Below, in pieces: positions 17,983 through 29,691 of a stretch of DNA of 41,140 bases. Position 1 is the first letter of the stretch. Each line of letters begins with the position of its first letter. Under the pieces are notes generated by a model. It searched no databases and was not told where the DNA came from. It worked only from the letters and a program-made list of their open reading frames with translations. This DNA comes from Rhodoferax sp. (lineage in GTDB: Bacteria; Pseudomonadota; Gammaproteobacteria; Burkholderiales; Burkholderiaceae_C). Location of the stretch: assembly GCA_029865675.1 (NCBI GenBank), contig JARXAU010000056.1, forward strand, positions 1-41,140, written 5' to 3'. Both the position numbers and the translations under genes were made by a program.

Positions 17983-19131
17983 ATGGCGGCCAATCTTCTC
18001 GACTATGACCTCGAGGGCTTGGCCCTTTTTTGTGAGCGTCTAGGCGAGAAGCGTTTCCGCGCGGTCCAGCTGTTTCGCTGGATCCACCAAAAAGGCGCGT
18101 CCGACTTTGACGCCATGACCGACCTGGCCAAGTCCTTGCGCGAAAAGCTCAAGACCTGCGCCGCGGTTGCTCCGCTTCCCGTGGTTTCTCAGCACGCATC
18201 CAGCGACGGCACCATCAAGTGGCTGTTTGACGTGGGTGCGGGTGACGCGGTAGAAGCCGTTTTTATTCCCGAATCTGACCGTGGCACCCTGTGCATTTCG
18301 TCCCAGGCCGGCTGCGCCGTGGGCTGCCGCTTTTGCTCCACCGGCCACCAAGGCTTTAGCCGTAATCTGACGGCGGGCGAAATCGTCTCGCAACTTTGGT
18401 TTGCCGAGCATTTTTTGCGCAAGCACCTAGGGCGCGACGAGCGCATCATCTCCAACGTGGTGATGATGGGCATGGGCGAGCCCTTGCAAAACTATGCCGA
18501 ACTGGTGCCCGCGCTCAAGGTGATGCTTGACGACCACGCCTACGGCCTGTCGCGCCGCCGCGTCACAGTGTCAACTTCGGGCATGGTGCCCATGATGGAC
18601 CGCCTGGGCCAGGACTGTCCGGTGGCGCTGGCCGTGTCTTTGCATGCGCCCATCGATGCCTTGCGCGAAAGCCTGGTGCCGCTGAACAAAAAATACCCGA
18701 TCGCCGAGCTGATGCAGGCCTGCGTGCGCTACCTGGCTGTGGCGCCGCGCGACTTCATTACTTTTGAGTACTGCATGCTCGACGGCGTCAACGACACGCC
18801 CGAGCTGGCCGCGCAGTTGGTTGAACTCTTGTGTACCTCCGGCGGCAACCTGCATTGGTGCAAGGTCAATTTGATTCCCTTCAACCCGTTTGCGGCCTCG
18901 GGCCTGACGCGTTCGTCGGCGGCCCGGGTGCAGGCCTTCTCGGACGTGTTGAGCCGCGCTGGCGTGGTTACCACGGTGCGCAAGACGCGCGGTGACGACA
19001 TTGCCGCCGCCTGCGGCCAGTTGGCCGGTGACGTGCAAGACCGCACTGGCGTGGTGGTGCGCATGCACAAGCAGCGCAGCGCTGAAAAGCCCTCGGTCGC
19101 TGCGTCCGCCCTGGTCGCTGAGGTGCATTGA
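17983..19131 (+). CDS. rlmN: 23S rRNA m2A2503/tRNA methyltransferase RlmN
   Basis: Radical [17 protein letters not shown] and AACGQL. Follows ndk. Confidence 0.97.
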   Translation: MAANLLDYDLEGLALFCERLGEKRFRAVQLFRWIHQKGASDFDAMTDLAKSLREKLKTCAAVAPLPVVSQHASSDGTIKWLFDVGAGDAVEAVFIPESDRGTLCISSQAGCAVGCRFCSTGHQGFSRNLTAGEIVSQLWFAEHFLRKHLGRDERIISNVVMMGMGEPLQNYAELVPALKVMLDDHAYGLSRRRVTVSTSGMVPMMDRLGQDCPVALAVSLHAPIDALRESLVPLNKKYPIAELMQACVRYLAVAPRDFITFEYCMLDGVNDTPELAAQLVELLCTSGGNLHWCKVNLIPFNPFAASGLTRSSAARVQAFSDVLSRAGVVTTVRKTRGDDIAAACGQLAGDVQDRTGVVVRMHKQRSAEKPSVAASALVAEVH

Positions 19132-19132
19132 C

Positions 19133-19975
19133 ATGGGCGCTCAGCCACTCCGCCGTGCGTTGTTGCTGCCCAATTGCCTGGGCCATGCGGGGCTGGCCTT
19201 GCGCTGGTTGACTGTCGCCGCTTTGCTGGGCCTGGTGGCTTGCAGTGGCACACCAACACGGTCTGACAAATCTGATTTGGTGACCGCCTCGGACGAGACC
19301 GAAAGCCGCAAGCGCGCGCGCATTCGCTTGGAGCTTGCGCTGAATTACTTCAATGAAGGCAAAACCACCATCGCGCTGGACGAAGTCAAGCAGTCCATCG
19401 CCGTGGATGCAAGTTTGTACGAGGCGCACAGCCTGCGGGGTTTGATTTACATGCGACTCAACGAACTGTCGCTTGCCGACGACAGTTTTCGCCAGGCCTT
19501 GGCGCTCAACCCCAAGGCAGCGAGCGTGCAGCACAACTACGGCCTGCTCTTGTGCCAACAAGGTCGCATGGCGCAAGCCGAGGAAATGTTCACAGCGGCA
19601 CTGGCCAACCCCATGTACGACGACCGAGCAAAGACCTGGATGATTCAGGGTCTGTGCCAAGCCAAGGCGGGCCAAACACGTGCGGCGGAGACGAGCTTGC
19701 TGAAGGCCTATGAAATCGATCCGAGTAATCCTGTAGTCTCTTACAACCTTGCGTCGCAGTTTTTCAAGCGAGGGGAGTTGGTTCTGGCGCGGCGTTACCT
19801 CGTGCCGCTCAACGGCTCTGAGCTGGCCAACGCAGAGTCGCTTTGGTTGGGTGCAAAGCTTGCACATGCGTTGGGGGATTCGCAATCCCTGCAAGCCTTG
19901 GGGCGGACTTTGGGTCAACGTTTTCCCACTTCTCGGGAGCTGCTGTTGTTTGAGAGGCGATCGTTCAATGAGTGA
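19133..19975 (+). CDS. pilW: Type IV pilus biogenesis/stability lipoprotein PilW (PilF)
   Basis: Lipobox LVAC, RARIRLELALNY, TPR repeats, NYGLLLC and SLWLG. Lies between rlmN and rodZ. Confidence 0.9.
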   Translation: MGAQPLRRALLLPNCLGHAGLALRWLTVAALLGLVACSGTPTRSDKSDLVTASDETESRKRARIRLELALNYFNEGKTTIALDEVKQSIAVDASLYEAHSLRGLIYMRLNELSLADDSFRQALALNPKAASVQHNYGLLLCQQGRMAQAEEMFTAALANPMYDDRAKTWMIQGLCQAKAGQTRAAETSLLKAYEIDPSNPVVSYNLASQFFKRGELVLARRYLVPLNGSELANAESLWLGAKLAHALGDSQSLQALGRTLGQRFPTSRELLLFERRSFNE

Positions 19976-20906
19976 TCTTGGGCATGACCTAACCGCGTCT
20001 CAGGCTCAGGCCCAGCCGCCCACATCGGGCCAATTGCTGCAAAACGCGCGCAAGGCTTCTGGGCTGTCCTTGGAGCAGCTTTCTGCGCGGGTCAAGGTCT
20101 CCGTGCCGCGCCTACTTGCCTTGGAAGAGGACCGGCTTGAAGTCTGGCCGGACGCCAATGTCGTGCGCGCGGTGGCGGCCACGGTATGTCGCCAATTAGC
20201 GCTAGACCCTGCAACCGTATTGGATCGCCTGCCTAAAGCCCGCCAACCGGCGTTGATATTGCCCGGCGCAGAGCTCGGGGCGAATTTTCACAACCGCAGC
20301 GTACTCAACTTGCGTAGGGCCTCAGTGGCCGCCGGGCGGCCGGGCAAGGCCATCGTTCTCGCTTCCGGTTTTGCGCTGCTCGTGTTTTTGGTGTGGGTTT
20401 TTGGGTTGCGGTTGCAATCCGAGTTGGTGCGCATGGTGCAGGTTGACAACTTAGGTGATGCGGCGCAGCTTGCCGATTCCAGTGCCCCGCCCCTTTTGCC
20501 GCCGCAGGCGGGATCAATGGATTTGCCGTCATCGGCTCCTGCGGCTCTGTCAGACGCCAACGTAGCCCCAGTCGGCAGCGCTGGCGGCGCAACGCCCGGC
20601 GTGCATACATTGGGCACCAAGGACACCATAGCGGACGTCTCGCCTCCAGAGCAAGCACCTGCTGCGCCGTCCGGGGTTTTGGTCAGTTTCAAGGCGAAGG
20701 GCGAGACCTGGATTGAGGTGAACGACGCCAAAGGCATGTTGCTATTGCGCCGGACCATGTTGGCCGGTGACGTCGCACGTGCCAGTGGCGAAGTGCCGCT
20801 TTCTGTGGTGGTAGGGCGGGCCGACCACACGGAGGTGGCGGTGCGCGGCCAGGCGCTGACATTGGAGCCTTCGCCAGACAACGTAGCAAGATTCAAGGTG
20901 CGATGA
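19968..20906 (+). CDS. rodZ: Cytoskeleton protein RodZ-like (HTH, TM, C-terminal periplasmic domain)
   Basis: N-terminal [22 protein letters not shown], one TM segment and C-terminal [22 protein letters not shown]. Synteny fits. Confidence 0.85.
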   Translation: MSDLGHDLTASQAQAQPPTSGQLLQNARKASGLSLEQLSARVKVSVPRLLALEEDRLEVWPDANVVRAVAATVCRQLALDPATVLDRLPKARQPALILPGAELGANFHNRSVLNLRRASVAAGRPGKAIVLASGFALLVFLVWVFGLRLQSELVRMVQVDNLGDAAQLADSSAPPLLPPQAGSMDLPSSAPAALSDANVAPVGSAGGATPGVHTLGTKDTIADVSPPEQAPAAPSGVLVSFKAKGETWIEVNDAKGMLLLRRTMLAGDVARASGEVPLSVVVGRADHTEVAVRGQALTLEPSPDNVARFKVR

Positions 20907-22180
20907 TGCAAGACCCCACACAGTTCAATTCCAACGGCAGCCCAGCGCGCCCAAGCCTCCAAGCCCGTGTGGCATGGGGAAGTAATGTCGTCACCATGGG
21001 CGGCGGCGCGCCGGTACGCATCCAGTCCATGACCAACACCGACACGGTCGATGCCGTTGGCACTGCCATCCAAGTGAAAGAATTGGCGCTCGCGGGCTCG
21101 GAGATGGTGCGTATCACGGTCAACACGCCCGAGGCGGCGCAGGCCGTGCCCTATATCCGCGAGCAACTGGACCGCATGGGCGTGTCGGTGCCGCTGGTGG
21201 GCGATTTCCACTTCAACGGCCACCGCCTGCTCACCGACTTTCCCGACTGCGCGCAGGCCTTGTCCAAATACCGCATTAACCCCGGCAACGTGGGCAAGGG
21301 CGACAAAAAAGACCGCCAATTTGGCCAAATGATCGAAGCCGCGCTGCGCTGGGACAAACCGGTGCGCATCGGCGTGAACTGGGGCAGCCTGGACCAGGAA
21401 CTGCTCGCCAGCCTGATGGACGCCAACGCCGCCCTGGCGCAACCTTTGGACGTGAAAAAGGTGATGTACCAGGCTTTGATCAGTTCGGCCGTAGGCTCGG
21501 CGGAACTGGCCCAGTCCATGGGCATGCAAGCCAGTCAGATCATCATTTCTTGCAAGGTCAGTGGCGTACAAGACTTGATCGCGGTGTACCGCGAATTGGG
21601 CCGTACTACCCGCTACCCCTTGCACTTGGGCCTGACCGAGGCCGGCATGGGCACCAAGGGCACGGTGGCCTCTAGCGTGGCGCTGGCGGTGCTGCTGCAA
21701 GAAGGCATTGGCGACACGATTCGCGTATCGCTCACCCCTGCGCCCGGTGAGTCGCGCAACCAAGAAGTGGTGGTAGCGGCTGAGATTTTGCAGGCCTTGG
21801 GTTTGCGCTCTTTCGTTCCCAGCGTGACCGCCTGCCCCGGCTGTGGGCGCACCACCAGCACCACATTCCAGGAGCTGACGCAGCAGATCGACAATTTTCT
21901 GCGCGAGCAAATGCCGGTGTGGCGCACGCGTTACCCCGGCGTGGAGGGCATGAAGGTGGCGGTCATGGGCTGCATCGTCAACGGCCCGGGTGAAAGCAAG
22001 CACGCCGACATTGGCATCAGCCTGCCCGGCACTGGCGAGGCCCCGGCCGCACCGGTATTTATCGACGGCGAGAAGCGCATGACCCTGCGCGGCGACGCCA
22101 TTGCCACCGACTTTCAAGCGGTGGTCGAGAACTACATCCAACAGCGTTTCGGCGCAGCGGCAACGCAATCGCCCACCTGA
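20903..22180 (+). CDS. ispG: 4-hydroxy-3-methylbut-2-en-1-yl diphosphate synthase
   Basis: [41 protein letters not shown] and [10 protein letters not shown]. Confidence 0.97.
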   Translation: MMQDPTQFNSNGSPARPSLQARVAWGSNVVTMGGGAPVRIQSMTNTDTVDAVGTAIQVKELALAGSEMVRITVNTPEAAQAVPYIREQLDRMGVSVPLVGDFHFNGHRLLTDFPDCAQALSKYRINPGNVGKGDKKDRQFGQMIEAALRWDKPVRIGVNWGSLDQELLASLMDANAALAQPLDVKKVMYQALISSAVGSAELAQSMGMQASQIIISCKVSGVQDLIAVYRELGRTTRYPLHLGLTEAGMGTKGTVASSVALAVLLQEGIGDTIRVSLTPAPGESRNQEVVVAAEILQALGLRSFVPSVTACPGCGRTTSTTFQELTQQIDNFLREQMPVWRTRYPGVEGMKVAVMGCIVNGPGESKHADIGISLPGTGEAPAAPVFIDGEKRMTLRGDAIATDFQAVVENYIQQRFGAAATQSPT

Positions 22181-22188
22181 CCCCGCCT

Positions 22189-23502
22189 ATGACAGAAGCA
22201 AACACGCCACGCAAGGCGGAAAAACTCATGGCCGTCAAGGGCATGAACGACATACTGCCGCCCGACTCGGCCCGATGGGAGGCTTTGGAAGAACGCGTGC
22301 GCGCGCTGATGCGCCGCTACGCCTACGAAAACATCCGCACGCCCATCGTCGAGCCTACCGCCTTGTTCGTGCGCGGCTTGGGCGAGGTGACCGACATTGT
22401 CGAAAAAGAGATGTATTCGTTTGAGGACCGGCTCAATGGCGAACAGCTCACCTTGCGGCCTGAGAACACCGCTGGCGTGGTGCGCGCCGTGGTCGAACAC
22501 ACGCTGCTCTACAACGGCGGGAAACGCCTGTATTACTTTGGCTCCATGTTCCGCCACGAGCGGCCCCAGCGTGGTCGCTACCGGCAGTTTCACCAAGTGG
22601 GCGCCGAGGCGCTGGGCTTTGGCGGGCCGGAGGTGGACGCGGAGCTGATCCTGATGGCGCACGCGCTGTGGCAGGAACTGGGCATTGGCGGCGTGGAGCT
22701 GCAAATCAACAGCCTGGGCCAGCCCGCTGAGCGCAATTTGCACCGCGCTGCGCTGATTGCCCATTTTGAAGCGCACACCGATGTGCTGGACCCCGAATCG
22801 CGTCGGCGCCTGCACCTTAACCCGTTGCGCCTGCTCGACAGCAAGAATCCCGCGATGCAGGAAGTGATTGAGGCTGCACCGAAGCTGATGGACTTTTTGG
22901 GCGAGGAGTCCAAGGCGCACTTGGACACGGTGCTGGCCATTCTGGACGCCAACCGCGTGCCCTATTACATGAACCCGCGCCTGGTGCGCGGCATGGATTA
23001 CTACAACCTCACGGTGTTTGAATTTGTCACTACGCAGTTGGGCTCCCAAGGCACGATTTGCGGCGGCGGGCGCTACGACTATTTGATCGAACAAATTGGC
23101 GGCAAACCTGCGCCCGCCGTGGGATGGGCCATGGGCATAGAGCGGGTGCTGGAGCTGCTGCGCGCGCAAGAGGAGTCGCTTGCCATGCCGGTGCTCGACG
23201 TTTATGCCGTGATCCCCGATGCGTCTGCCTTGCCCCAGGCTGCGGCCTGCCTGCAATGTTTGCGTGGCGCAGGGGTGTCGGCGCTCATGCACGCCAGCGG
23301 CGAGTCGGGCATGGCCAGTATGAAGTCCCAGTTTAAAAAAGCCGACGCCTCCGGCGCACGCTACGCCCTGGTGTTTGGCGCCGACGAGCTCGCGCAAGGC
23401 TGCGTCACCGTCAAAGCCTTGCGTGACCCGGCGGCTCCCCAGCGCACTGTGGCGCTAGATCAATGGGCTGACTGGGCCCAGAGCCTACAATCCGCCGCTT
23501 AA
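22189..23502 (+). CDS. hisS: Histidine--tRNA ligase
   Basis: [45 protein letters not shown] and GGGRYD. Confidence 0.97.
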   Translation: MTEANTPRKAEKLMAVKGMNDILPPDSARWEALEERVRALMRRYAYENIRTPIVEPTALFVRGLGEVTDIVEKEMYSFEDRLNGEQLTLRPENTAGVVRAVVEHTLLYNGGKRLYYFGSMFRHERPQRGRYRQFHQVGAEALGFGGPEVDAELILMAHALWQELGIGGVELQINSLGQPAERNLHRAALIAHFEAHTDVLDPESRRRLHLNPLRLLDSKNPAMQEVIEAAPKLMDFLGEESKAHLDTVLAILDANRVPYYMNPRLVRGMDYYNLTVFEFVTTQLGSQGTICGGGRYDYLIEQIGGKPAPAVGWAMGIERVLELLRAQEESLAMPVLDVYAVIPDASALPQAAACLQCLRGAGVSALMHASGESGMASMKSQFKKADASGARYALVFGADELAQGCVTVKALRDPAAPQRTVALDQWADWAQSLQSAA

Positions 23503-23514
23503 ACAAACACCGAT

Positions 23515-24201
23515 ATGGCAAATCAACTCGACCTCGAAGAACAAGAAAAGCTCGACGAACTCAAGCATTTTTGGAGCAAGTACGGCAACCTGGTCAGCAC
23601 CGTGCTATTGCTCATTCTGCTCTGTGTGGGTGGCTGGAACGGCTACCAGTATTGGCAGCGCAGCCAGGCAAGCCAAGCTTCTGCCCTCTTTGACGAGATG
23701 ACGCGGTTCGTGAGTGCGGGCAGCCTGGAAAAGTCGGAGCGTGCCTTCAACGACATGAAAGAACGCTACGGTCGCGCCAGCTACACCGCACAAGCCGGCC
23801 TGGCTTTGGCGAAACTGGCCGCAGACTCAGGCAAGCCTGAGACGGCAAAAGCTGCCCTGCAGTGGGTGGCAGACAAGGCGGGAGACGAAGGTCACGCCGC
23901 GATTGCGCAGCTGCGCTTAGCGAATGTTTTTCTAGATGCCAAGCAGTATCCCGAAGCCCTCAAGGCTCTTGAAGCCGTCAAGGGTGACGCGTTTTTGCCC
24001 TTGGTTGCCGACCGCAAGGGCGACCTTTTGTTGCTGCAGGGGCAACGCGGTCCCGCCAAAGAGGCCTACTTGGCTGCATTCCGTCAATTCGACGAACGTT
24101 CCGAATACCGCCGTTTGGTCCGGGTGAAGCTCAACGCCCTGGGCGTAGAGCCGGAGCCTGCCAAAGACGTCTTGCCTAAAACAACGGGCGGAGAGCGCTG
24201 A
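23515..24201 (+). CDS. yfgM: YfgM family TPR membrane protein (ancillary SecYEG translocon subunit)
   Basis: LEEQEKLDELKHFWSKYGN, one TM segment, TPR-like region and DRKGD. Lies between hisS and bamB. Confidence 0.9.
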   Translation: MANQLDLEEQEKLDELKHFWSKYGNLVSTVLLLILLCVGGWNGYQYWQRSQASQASALFDEMTRFVSAGSLEKSERAFNDMKERYGRASYTAQAGLALAKLAADSGKPETAKAALQWVADKAGDEGHAAIAQLRLANVFLDAKQYPEALKALEAVKGDAFLPLVADRKGDLLLLQGQRGPAKEAYLAAFRQFDERSEYRRLVRVKLNALGVEPEPAKDVLPKTTGGER

Positions 24202-25337
24202 TGCGAGACGCAACCAGGCGGTTACCCGCTATGCAGGTCATTCTTTTGGTGCTGCTGATCTCGCTCTTGCAAGCCTGCGCCAGCGGCGATAAGCCCAAAC
24301 CCAGCGCGCTGGAGCCAGCGCCTTCGCAGGCAGCAGTCAAAGAGCAATGGCGTGTCAACCTTGGTGCCACCGCGCTGCCACTCCAAGCGCACGTGGTGGG
24401 CACCCAAGTGCTGCTTGCGTCCACGCAAGGGGATGTTCTTGCCCTAGAGGGGCGCAGCGGAACAGTGGTGTGGCGCGCCAGTTTGGCGCAGGCCCTGAGC
24501 GCAGGCGTCGGCAGCGATGGGGAGACTGCAGCGGTCGTCACCCGAGAAAACCAGTTGATCGCGCTGCGCGACGGCAAAGAGTTGTGGCGGCAAAAGATGC
24601 CGTCGCTGACGTTGACACCACCTTTGGTGGCGGGTGCACGCGTTTTTTTGCAGTCGGCGGACCGGACCGTATCGGCATTTGATGCGTCCACAGGACGAAA
24701 GCTGTGGGTCCAAAAGCGCCCTGGCGACGCCTTGGTGCTAGGACAGCCTGGTATTTTGATAGCGGTAGGCGACACACTGGTCAGTGGCCAGAGCGGACGT
24801 CTGCTGGGCTTAAATCCCCAAAACGGCGCTACCCGCTGGGACGCTGCAGTGGCGATGGGTCGGGGCGTGAATGAGGTGGAGCGCCTGGTAGATATGGTGT
24901 ACGGCCTAAGCCGCGTGGGTGACAACCTCTGCGTGCGTGCGTTTCAGTCTGCAGTGGCCTGTGTCGATGCCCAACGAGGGCGAACAGTTTGGACCAAAGC
25001 CGCTGCCGGTTCCAGCGGTATAGCGGGCAACGGGGCCGCCGTCTTTGGTGCCGAGGCGGACGGCAAAGTCGTCGCCTGGCGTCGGGCTGACGGTGACAAG
25101 CTCTGGACCAATGAAAAGCTTCGTTTCCGGGGGCTTTCGGGCCCGGCTCTGGTCGCTAACTCGGTCGTTGTAGGTGATTTTGAAGGGTTTTTGCATTTCC
25201 TTTCGCTCCAAGACGGTTCGGTACTCGCGCGTGCAGCGACAGACGGATCCGCCATCGCCTGGGCTCCCGTGGTGGTGGATGAAACTTTGGTCGCAGTAAC
25301 AACGCGCGGCGCGGTGATTGGGTTTCGGCCTGAATAA
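24201..25337 (+). CDS. bamB: Outer membrane protein assembly factor BamB
   Basis: Lipobox LQAC, PQQ-like beta-propeller repeats (G..W), EVERLVD and GDFEGFLH. Synteny fits. Confidence 0.92.
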   Translation: MRDATRRLPAMQVILLVLLISLLQACASGDKPKPSALEPAPSQAAVKEQWRVNLGATALPLQAHVVGTQVLLASTQGDVLALEGRSGTVVWRASLAQALSAGVGSDGETAAVVTRENQLIALRDGKELWRQKMPSLTLTPPLVAGARVFLQSADRTVSAFDASTGRKLWVQKRPGDALVLGQPGILIAVGDTLVSGQSGRLLGLNPQNGATRWDAAVAMGRGVNEVERLVDMVYGLSRVGDNLCVRAFQSAVACVDAQRGRTVWTKAAAGSSGIAGNGAAVFGAEADGKVVAWRRADGDKLWTNEKLRFRGLSGPALVANSVVVGDFEGFLHFLSLQDGSVLARAATDGSAIAWAPVVVDETLVAVTTRGAVIGFRPE

Positions 25338-25353
25338 TTAGGCTGGAAACTTC

Positions 25354-26688
25354 ATGAAACCCGTTATCGCCCTGGTCGGTAGACCCAATGTGGGCAAATC
25401 GACCCTGTTCAACCGCCTGACCAAAACCCGCGACGCCATTGTTGCCGACTACGCTGGCCTGACGCGCGACCGCCATTACGGCAATGCCAAGCACGGCAAA
25501 CACGAGTACATCGTGGTGGATACGGGGGGCTTTGAGCCCGACGCGGATAGCGGCATCTACAAAGAAATGGCCAAACAAACCCGCCAAGCCGTGGCCGAAG
25601 CCGACGTGGTGCTGTTTGTGGTGGACGCGCGGGGTGGCGTGTCCGCGCAAGACCATGAGATCGCCAAGTACCTGCGCCGCCTGGGCAAATCGGCCGTGGT
25701 GGTGGCCAATAAGGCCGAAGGCATGACCGAAGGGGTGCATTTCACCGAGTTTTTTGAGCTGGGCCTCGGTGCGGTCATTCCTATCAGTGCCGCTCATGGC
25801 CAAGGCATCCGCCCCCTGATTGACCGGGTGCTCGAACCCTTGGCGCTGGCCATGGCACTCGCCGAAGAAGCGAGCGACCCCTCCAGCATCAAACTCGCCG
25901 TGGCCGGGCGACCCAATGTCGGTAAGTCGACCTTGATCAACACCTGGCTCGGGGAAGAGCGCCTGGTGGCTTTTGACCTGCCTGGCACCACGCGCGACGC
26001 GATCTCTGTGCCCTTTGAGCGGGGTGGGCAAAAGTTCGAGTTGATTGACACCGCAGGGTTGCGCCGCAAAGGCAAGGTGTTCGAGGCAATCGAAAAGTTC
26101 TCGGTCGTCAAAACGCTTCAGGCCATCGAGTCGGCCAATGTGGTCCTGCTGCTGATTGATGCTATGCAGGGCGTAACCGACCAAGATGCGCACATTGCGG
26201 GCTACGTACTTGAGTCTGGGCGTGCGGTGGTGGTAGCAGTGAACAAATGGGATGCGGTGGATGAGTACCAGCGCGAGTTGGTGAAACGTTCGTTGGAGAC
26301 ACGTCTGGGGTTTCTGAAGTTTTCCACCGTGCATTTCATCTCGGCCACCAAGCGCCAGGGGCTCGGTCCGGTATGGGATTCGATCGCACAGGCACACCGC
26401 TCGGCCAACTGCAAAATGCCCACCCCCTTGCTGACACGCTTGCTGCTGGAGGCTGTGCAGTTTCAGACACCCAAGAAGACCGGCATGTACCGGCCGAAAT
26501 TGCGCTACGCCCACCAAGGCGGCATGAACCCGCCCATCATCATCGTTCACGGCAACTCTCTTGAACATGTGACGGACGCTTACAAGCGGTTTTTGGAAGG
26601 GCGTTTTCGCAAGGAATTCAACCTGGTGGGTACGCCTTTGCTGATTCAAATGAAGTCCTCCACGAACCCTTATTCTGATAAAGAGTGA
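25354..26688 (+). CDS. der: Ribosome biogenesis GTPase Der (EngA)
   Basis: Two GRPNVGKS G domains, DTGG / DTAG and a C-terminal KH-like domain. Confidence 0.98.
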   Translation: MKPVIALVGRPNVGKSTLFNRLTKTRDAIVADYAGLTRDRHYGNAKHGKHEYIVVDTGGFEPDADSGIYKEMAKQTRQAVAEADVVLFVVDARGGVSAQDHEIAKYLRRLGKSAVVVANKAEGMTEGVHFTEFFELGLGAVIPISAAHGQGIRPLIDRVLEPLALAMALAEEASDPSSIKLAVAGRPNVGKSTLINTWLGEERLVAFDLPGTTRDAISVPFERGGQKFELIDTAGLRRKGKVFEAIEKFSVVKTLQAIESANVVLLLIDAMQGVTDQDAHIAGYVLESGRAVVVAVNKWDAVDEYQRELVKRSLETRLGFLKFSTVHFISATKRQGLGPVWDSIAQAHRSANCKMPTPLLTRLLLEAVQFQTPKKTGMYRPKLRYAHQGGMNPPIIIVHGNSLEHVTDAYKRFLEGRFRKEFNLVGTPLLIQMKSSTNPYSDKE

Positions 26689-26795
26689 GCCACAGGAGAG
26701 CGGCGAATGCCCCTTTTTACGAGCGCGAAGCGGCCTGAGTGCGTTTGCCGATGTGGTATCTTTCCACCTCTTAACGTTCCAACACGGAGAATATC

Positions 26796-27044
26796 GTGAA
26801 CAATAAAAGCCAGCTCCTGCAAGACCCTTTTCTAAATGCTCTGCGCCGTGAGCACATCCCCGTGTCGGTTTATTTGGTCAACGGTATCAAATTGCAGGGA
26901 CAGATCGAGTCCTTTGACCAGTATGTGGTTCTGCTTCGCAACACGGTTACCCAGATGGTCTACAAGCACGCGATATCCACTATCGTGCCTGGGCGTGCAG
27001 TGAATCTGGCGTCTGCGGGTACGGACCAGGCCGAGACTCCCTGA
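26796..27044 (+). CDS. hfq: RNA chaperone Hfq
   Basis: [20 protein letters not shown] and [17 protein letters not shown] and GTG start. Confidence 0.98.
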   Translation: MNNKSQLLQDPFLNALRREHIPVSVYLVNGIKLQGQIESFDQYVVLLRNTVTQMVYKHAISTIVPGRAVNLASAGTDQAETP

Positions 27045-27097
27045 CACTTGCCTTTGCCTTGTTGCTCCACGCGTCTTAGCCTTACACCCTCCGCCAT

Positions 27098-28264
27098 TTG
27101 AACGCCACCCACCAAACCGCAGCCCCGAAAACCATCCTGGTGGGTGTCGATTTGGGGCAGCCAAATTTTGACGGCGAACTCCAGGAGTTGGGTTTGTTGG
27201 CAAAGACCGCTGGCATGGAGCCGGTGGCCTCTATCACGTGCAAGCGGCGAGCACCAGATGCGGCGCTTTTTGTGGGCACCGGCAAGGCCGATGAGATTAA
27301 ATTGTTGGCTCAGCAGTACGGTGCCGAAGAAATCTTGTTCGATCAAAGCTTGAGCCCCGGCCAGCAGCGTAATTTGGAACGGCGTTTGGAGCTGCCGGTG
27401 AACGACCGCACGTTCCTCATCCTGGAGATATTTGCGCAACGGGCGCGCAGCCACGAGGGCAAGCTGCAGGTGGAGCTTGCGCGCTTGCAATACCTCAGCA
27501 CGCGCCTTGTGCGCCGTTGGTCGCACCTTGAGCGCCAGCGGGGTGGTATTGGTACCCGAGGCGGCCCGGGCGAGACCCAGATTGAACTGGACCGGCGCAT
27601 GATCGCCACCACGATCAAGCGCACCAAAGAGCAACTCCAAAAAGTCAAGCGACAGCACCTCACTCAGCGCAAGCAAAGAGACCGTCGAGGGGCATTCAAT
27701 ATTTCACTCATTGGCTACACCAACGCTGGCAAGTCCACTTTGTTCAATGCCTTGGTCAAGGCGCGCGCTTATGCTGCGGATCAGCTTTTCGCCACCTTGG
27801 ACACTACGACGCGCCAGTTGTATCTGGGCGAGGCGCAGCGCTCGGTGTCACTGTCTGACACCGTGGGTTTTATCCGCGATCTGCCCCATGGCTTGATTGA
27901 TGCGTTTCAGGCCACCTTGCAAGAGGTGATTGACGCAGACTTGCTGGTGCACGTGGTAGACGGATCCAACCCTGACCATGGCCTGCAGATCCGTCAGGTG
28001 CAGCAGGTACTCACGGAGATTGGAGCGCAGGACATACCGCAGCTTTTGGTTTTCAACAAGTTGGATGCCATGGACGCGGCCAACCTGCCCTTGCAGGCGC
28101 GTGATTTCGTGGAGATCGACGGCGTACAAACGCCTCGCATCTTTGCGAGCGCACGTGAAGGCAATGGCATTCCCCTATTGCGTGCTGCATTGGCCTCCAT
28201 TGTGGCGCGCGATCGAGATGCACTGCGCTCGGATCCCCTTGTGCTGGCTGAGGCTGAATCGTAA
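27098..28264 (+). CDS. hflX: Ribosome-splitting GTPase HflX
   Basis: LILEIFAQRA, GPGETQIELDRR, GYTNAGKS, LFATLD, DTVGF and NKLD. Confidence 0.96.
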   Translation: MNATHQTAAPKTILVGVDLGQPNFDGELQELGLLAKTAGMEPVASITCKRRAPDAALFVGTGKADEIKLLAQQYGAEEILFDQSLSPGQQRNLERRLELPVNDRTFLILEIFAQRARSHEGKLQVELARLQYLSTRLVRRWSHLERQRGGIGTRGGPGETQIELDRRMIATTIKRTKEQLQKVKRQHLTQRKQRDRRGAFNISLIGYTNAGKSTLFNALVKARAYAADQLFATLDTTTRQLYLGEAQRSVSLSDTVGFIRDLPHGLIDAFQATLQEVIDADLLVHVVDGSNPDHGLQIRQVQQVLTEIGAQDIPQLLVFNKLDAMDAANLPLQARDFVEIDGVQTPRIFASAREGNGIPLLRAALASIVARDRDALRSDPLVLAEAES

Positions 28265-28296
28265 GTGTGGACAATGGAACACTGTGTGCGAAAGTG

Positions 28297-29682
28297 ATGA
28301 CGATGAAATTTTCTATTCCAAACCTTAACCTTGGCAGCCTGTCCGGGCGCTTCTGGGGTACGTTTAACCTTAACGACAGCCGTTGGGGGCGTTCTGACGA
28401 AGGAAAGTCTGATGCCACAGGGCAGTCCAGGCCTGAATCGACGCCCGAACCCAAAGACAACCCACCGCACGAGGAAGAAAGACCTCGGCCAAACCCACGG
28501 CCTGGTGCGCAATCTGGTCCGCCGGACCTTGATGAACTCTGGCGCGACTTCAATCGCAAGCTCAATGGCTGGTTAGGTTCTGGAAAAAAGCTAGGTGGGG
28601 GGCAGGGACGTGGACCGGGCGGACGCCTGCCCGAGTTCAAAAATGCGGGCATCGGCGGTGCGGTAATCGCCGCCTTGGTGTTCTTGGTCTGGCTGGGCAC
28701 CGGCTTTTTCATCGTCCAAGAGGGACAGCAGGCGGTGATAACCCAGTTTGGGAGCTACAAGTCCACGGTGAACGCCGGTTTCAACTGGCGCATGCCCTAC
28801 CCCATACAACGCCATGAACTGGTGTTTGTGACCCAAATTCGCTCGGTCGACGTGGGTCGAGACAATGTACTCAAGGCCACCGGCCTGCGCGAGTCGGCCA
28901 TGCTGACCCAAGACGAGAACATTTTGGACATCAAATTCGCAGTTCAGTACCGCCTCAATGACGCTCGGGCGTTCTTGTTTGAGAGCAAAAATCCAACCGA
29001 CGCCGTGGTGCAGGCTGCAGAAACTTCGGTGCGCGAGGTGCTGGGCAAAATGAACATGGATGCCGCTTTGTCCGAAGACCGTGACCAGATCGCTCCGAAA
29101 GTACGCGCCATGATGCAAGAAATACTGGACCGCTACAAAGTCGGCATTGAAGTCGTGGGCATCAATTTGCAGCAAGGTGGCGTGCGGCCGCCCGAACAGG
29201 TGCAAGCTTCTTTTGACGACGTGCTCAAAGCCGGCCAGGAGCGCGAGCGCACCAAAAATGAGGCCCAGGCTTACGCCAATGACGTGATCCCCCGCGCCGT
29301 AGGCTCAGCCTCACGCCTTAAAGAAGAGGCCGATGCCTACAAAGCCCGCGTGGTCGCGCAAGCCCAGGGCGATGCGCAGCGCTTTCGCTCGGTTTACAAC
29401 GAGTACCAAAAGGCTCCCCAAGTTACTCGGGACAGGATGTACCTCGACACCATGCAACAAATTTTTGCCAACGTGACCAAGGTCCTGGTTGACTCGCGCC
29501 AAGGTGCCACGTTGCTAAACCTGCCGCTTGACAAAATTTTGCAACTGGGCGCAACGGGCGAGCCAGCCTCCGCAGTGGCTCCTGCGTCTGCTTCACCGTC
29601 AACCCCCACCACGACTGTCACACCGAATGCGGAAGCCCGGAGCCGGGACGCAGTTCGAACCCGTGAGCGCGATGCGCGCTAG
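28297..29682 (+). CDS. hflK: FtsH protease modulator HflK
   Basis: NDSRWGR and GPPDLDELWR N-terminus, one TM segment, SPFH domain (MLTQDENI) and EAQAYAN. Start is 28297 or 28303; the track uses 28267. Confidence 0.95.
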   Translation: MTMKFSIPNLNLGSLSGRFWGTFNLNDSRWGRSDEGKSDATGQSRPESTPEPKDNPPHEEERPRPNPRPGAQSGPPDLDELWRDFNRKLNGWLGSGKKLGGGQGRGPGGRLPEFKNAGIGGAVIAALVFLVWLGTGFFIVQEGQQAVITQFGSYKSTVNAGFNWRMPYPIQRHELVFVTQIRSVDVGRDNVLKATGLRESAMLTQDENILDIKFAVQYRLNDARAFLFESKNPTDAVVQAAETSVREVLGKMNMDAALSEDRDQIAPKVRAMMQEILDRYKVGIEVVGINLQQGGVRPPEQVQASFDDVLKAGQERERTKNEAQAYANDVIPRAVGSASRLKEEADAYKARVVAQAQGDAQRFRSVYNEYQKAPQVTRDRMYLDTMQQIFANVTKVLVDSRQGATLLNLPLDKILQLGATGEPASAVAPASASPSTPTTTVTPNAEARSRDAVRTRERDAR

Positions 29683-29691
29683 GAGATCACT

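Noticed and set aside
20288-26649. Long antisense ORFs (20288-22168, 22132-23397, 25156-26649; likewise 39580-40908)
   Set aside because: They lie opposite ispG, hisS, der and trpB. Long stop-free antisense frames are expected in high-GC coding DNA.
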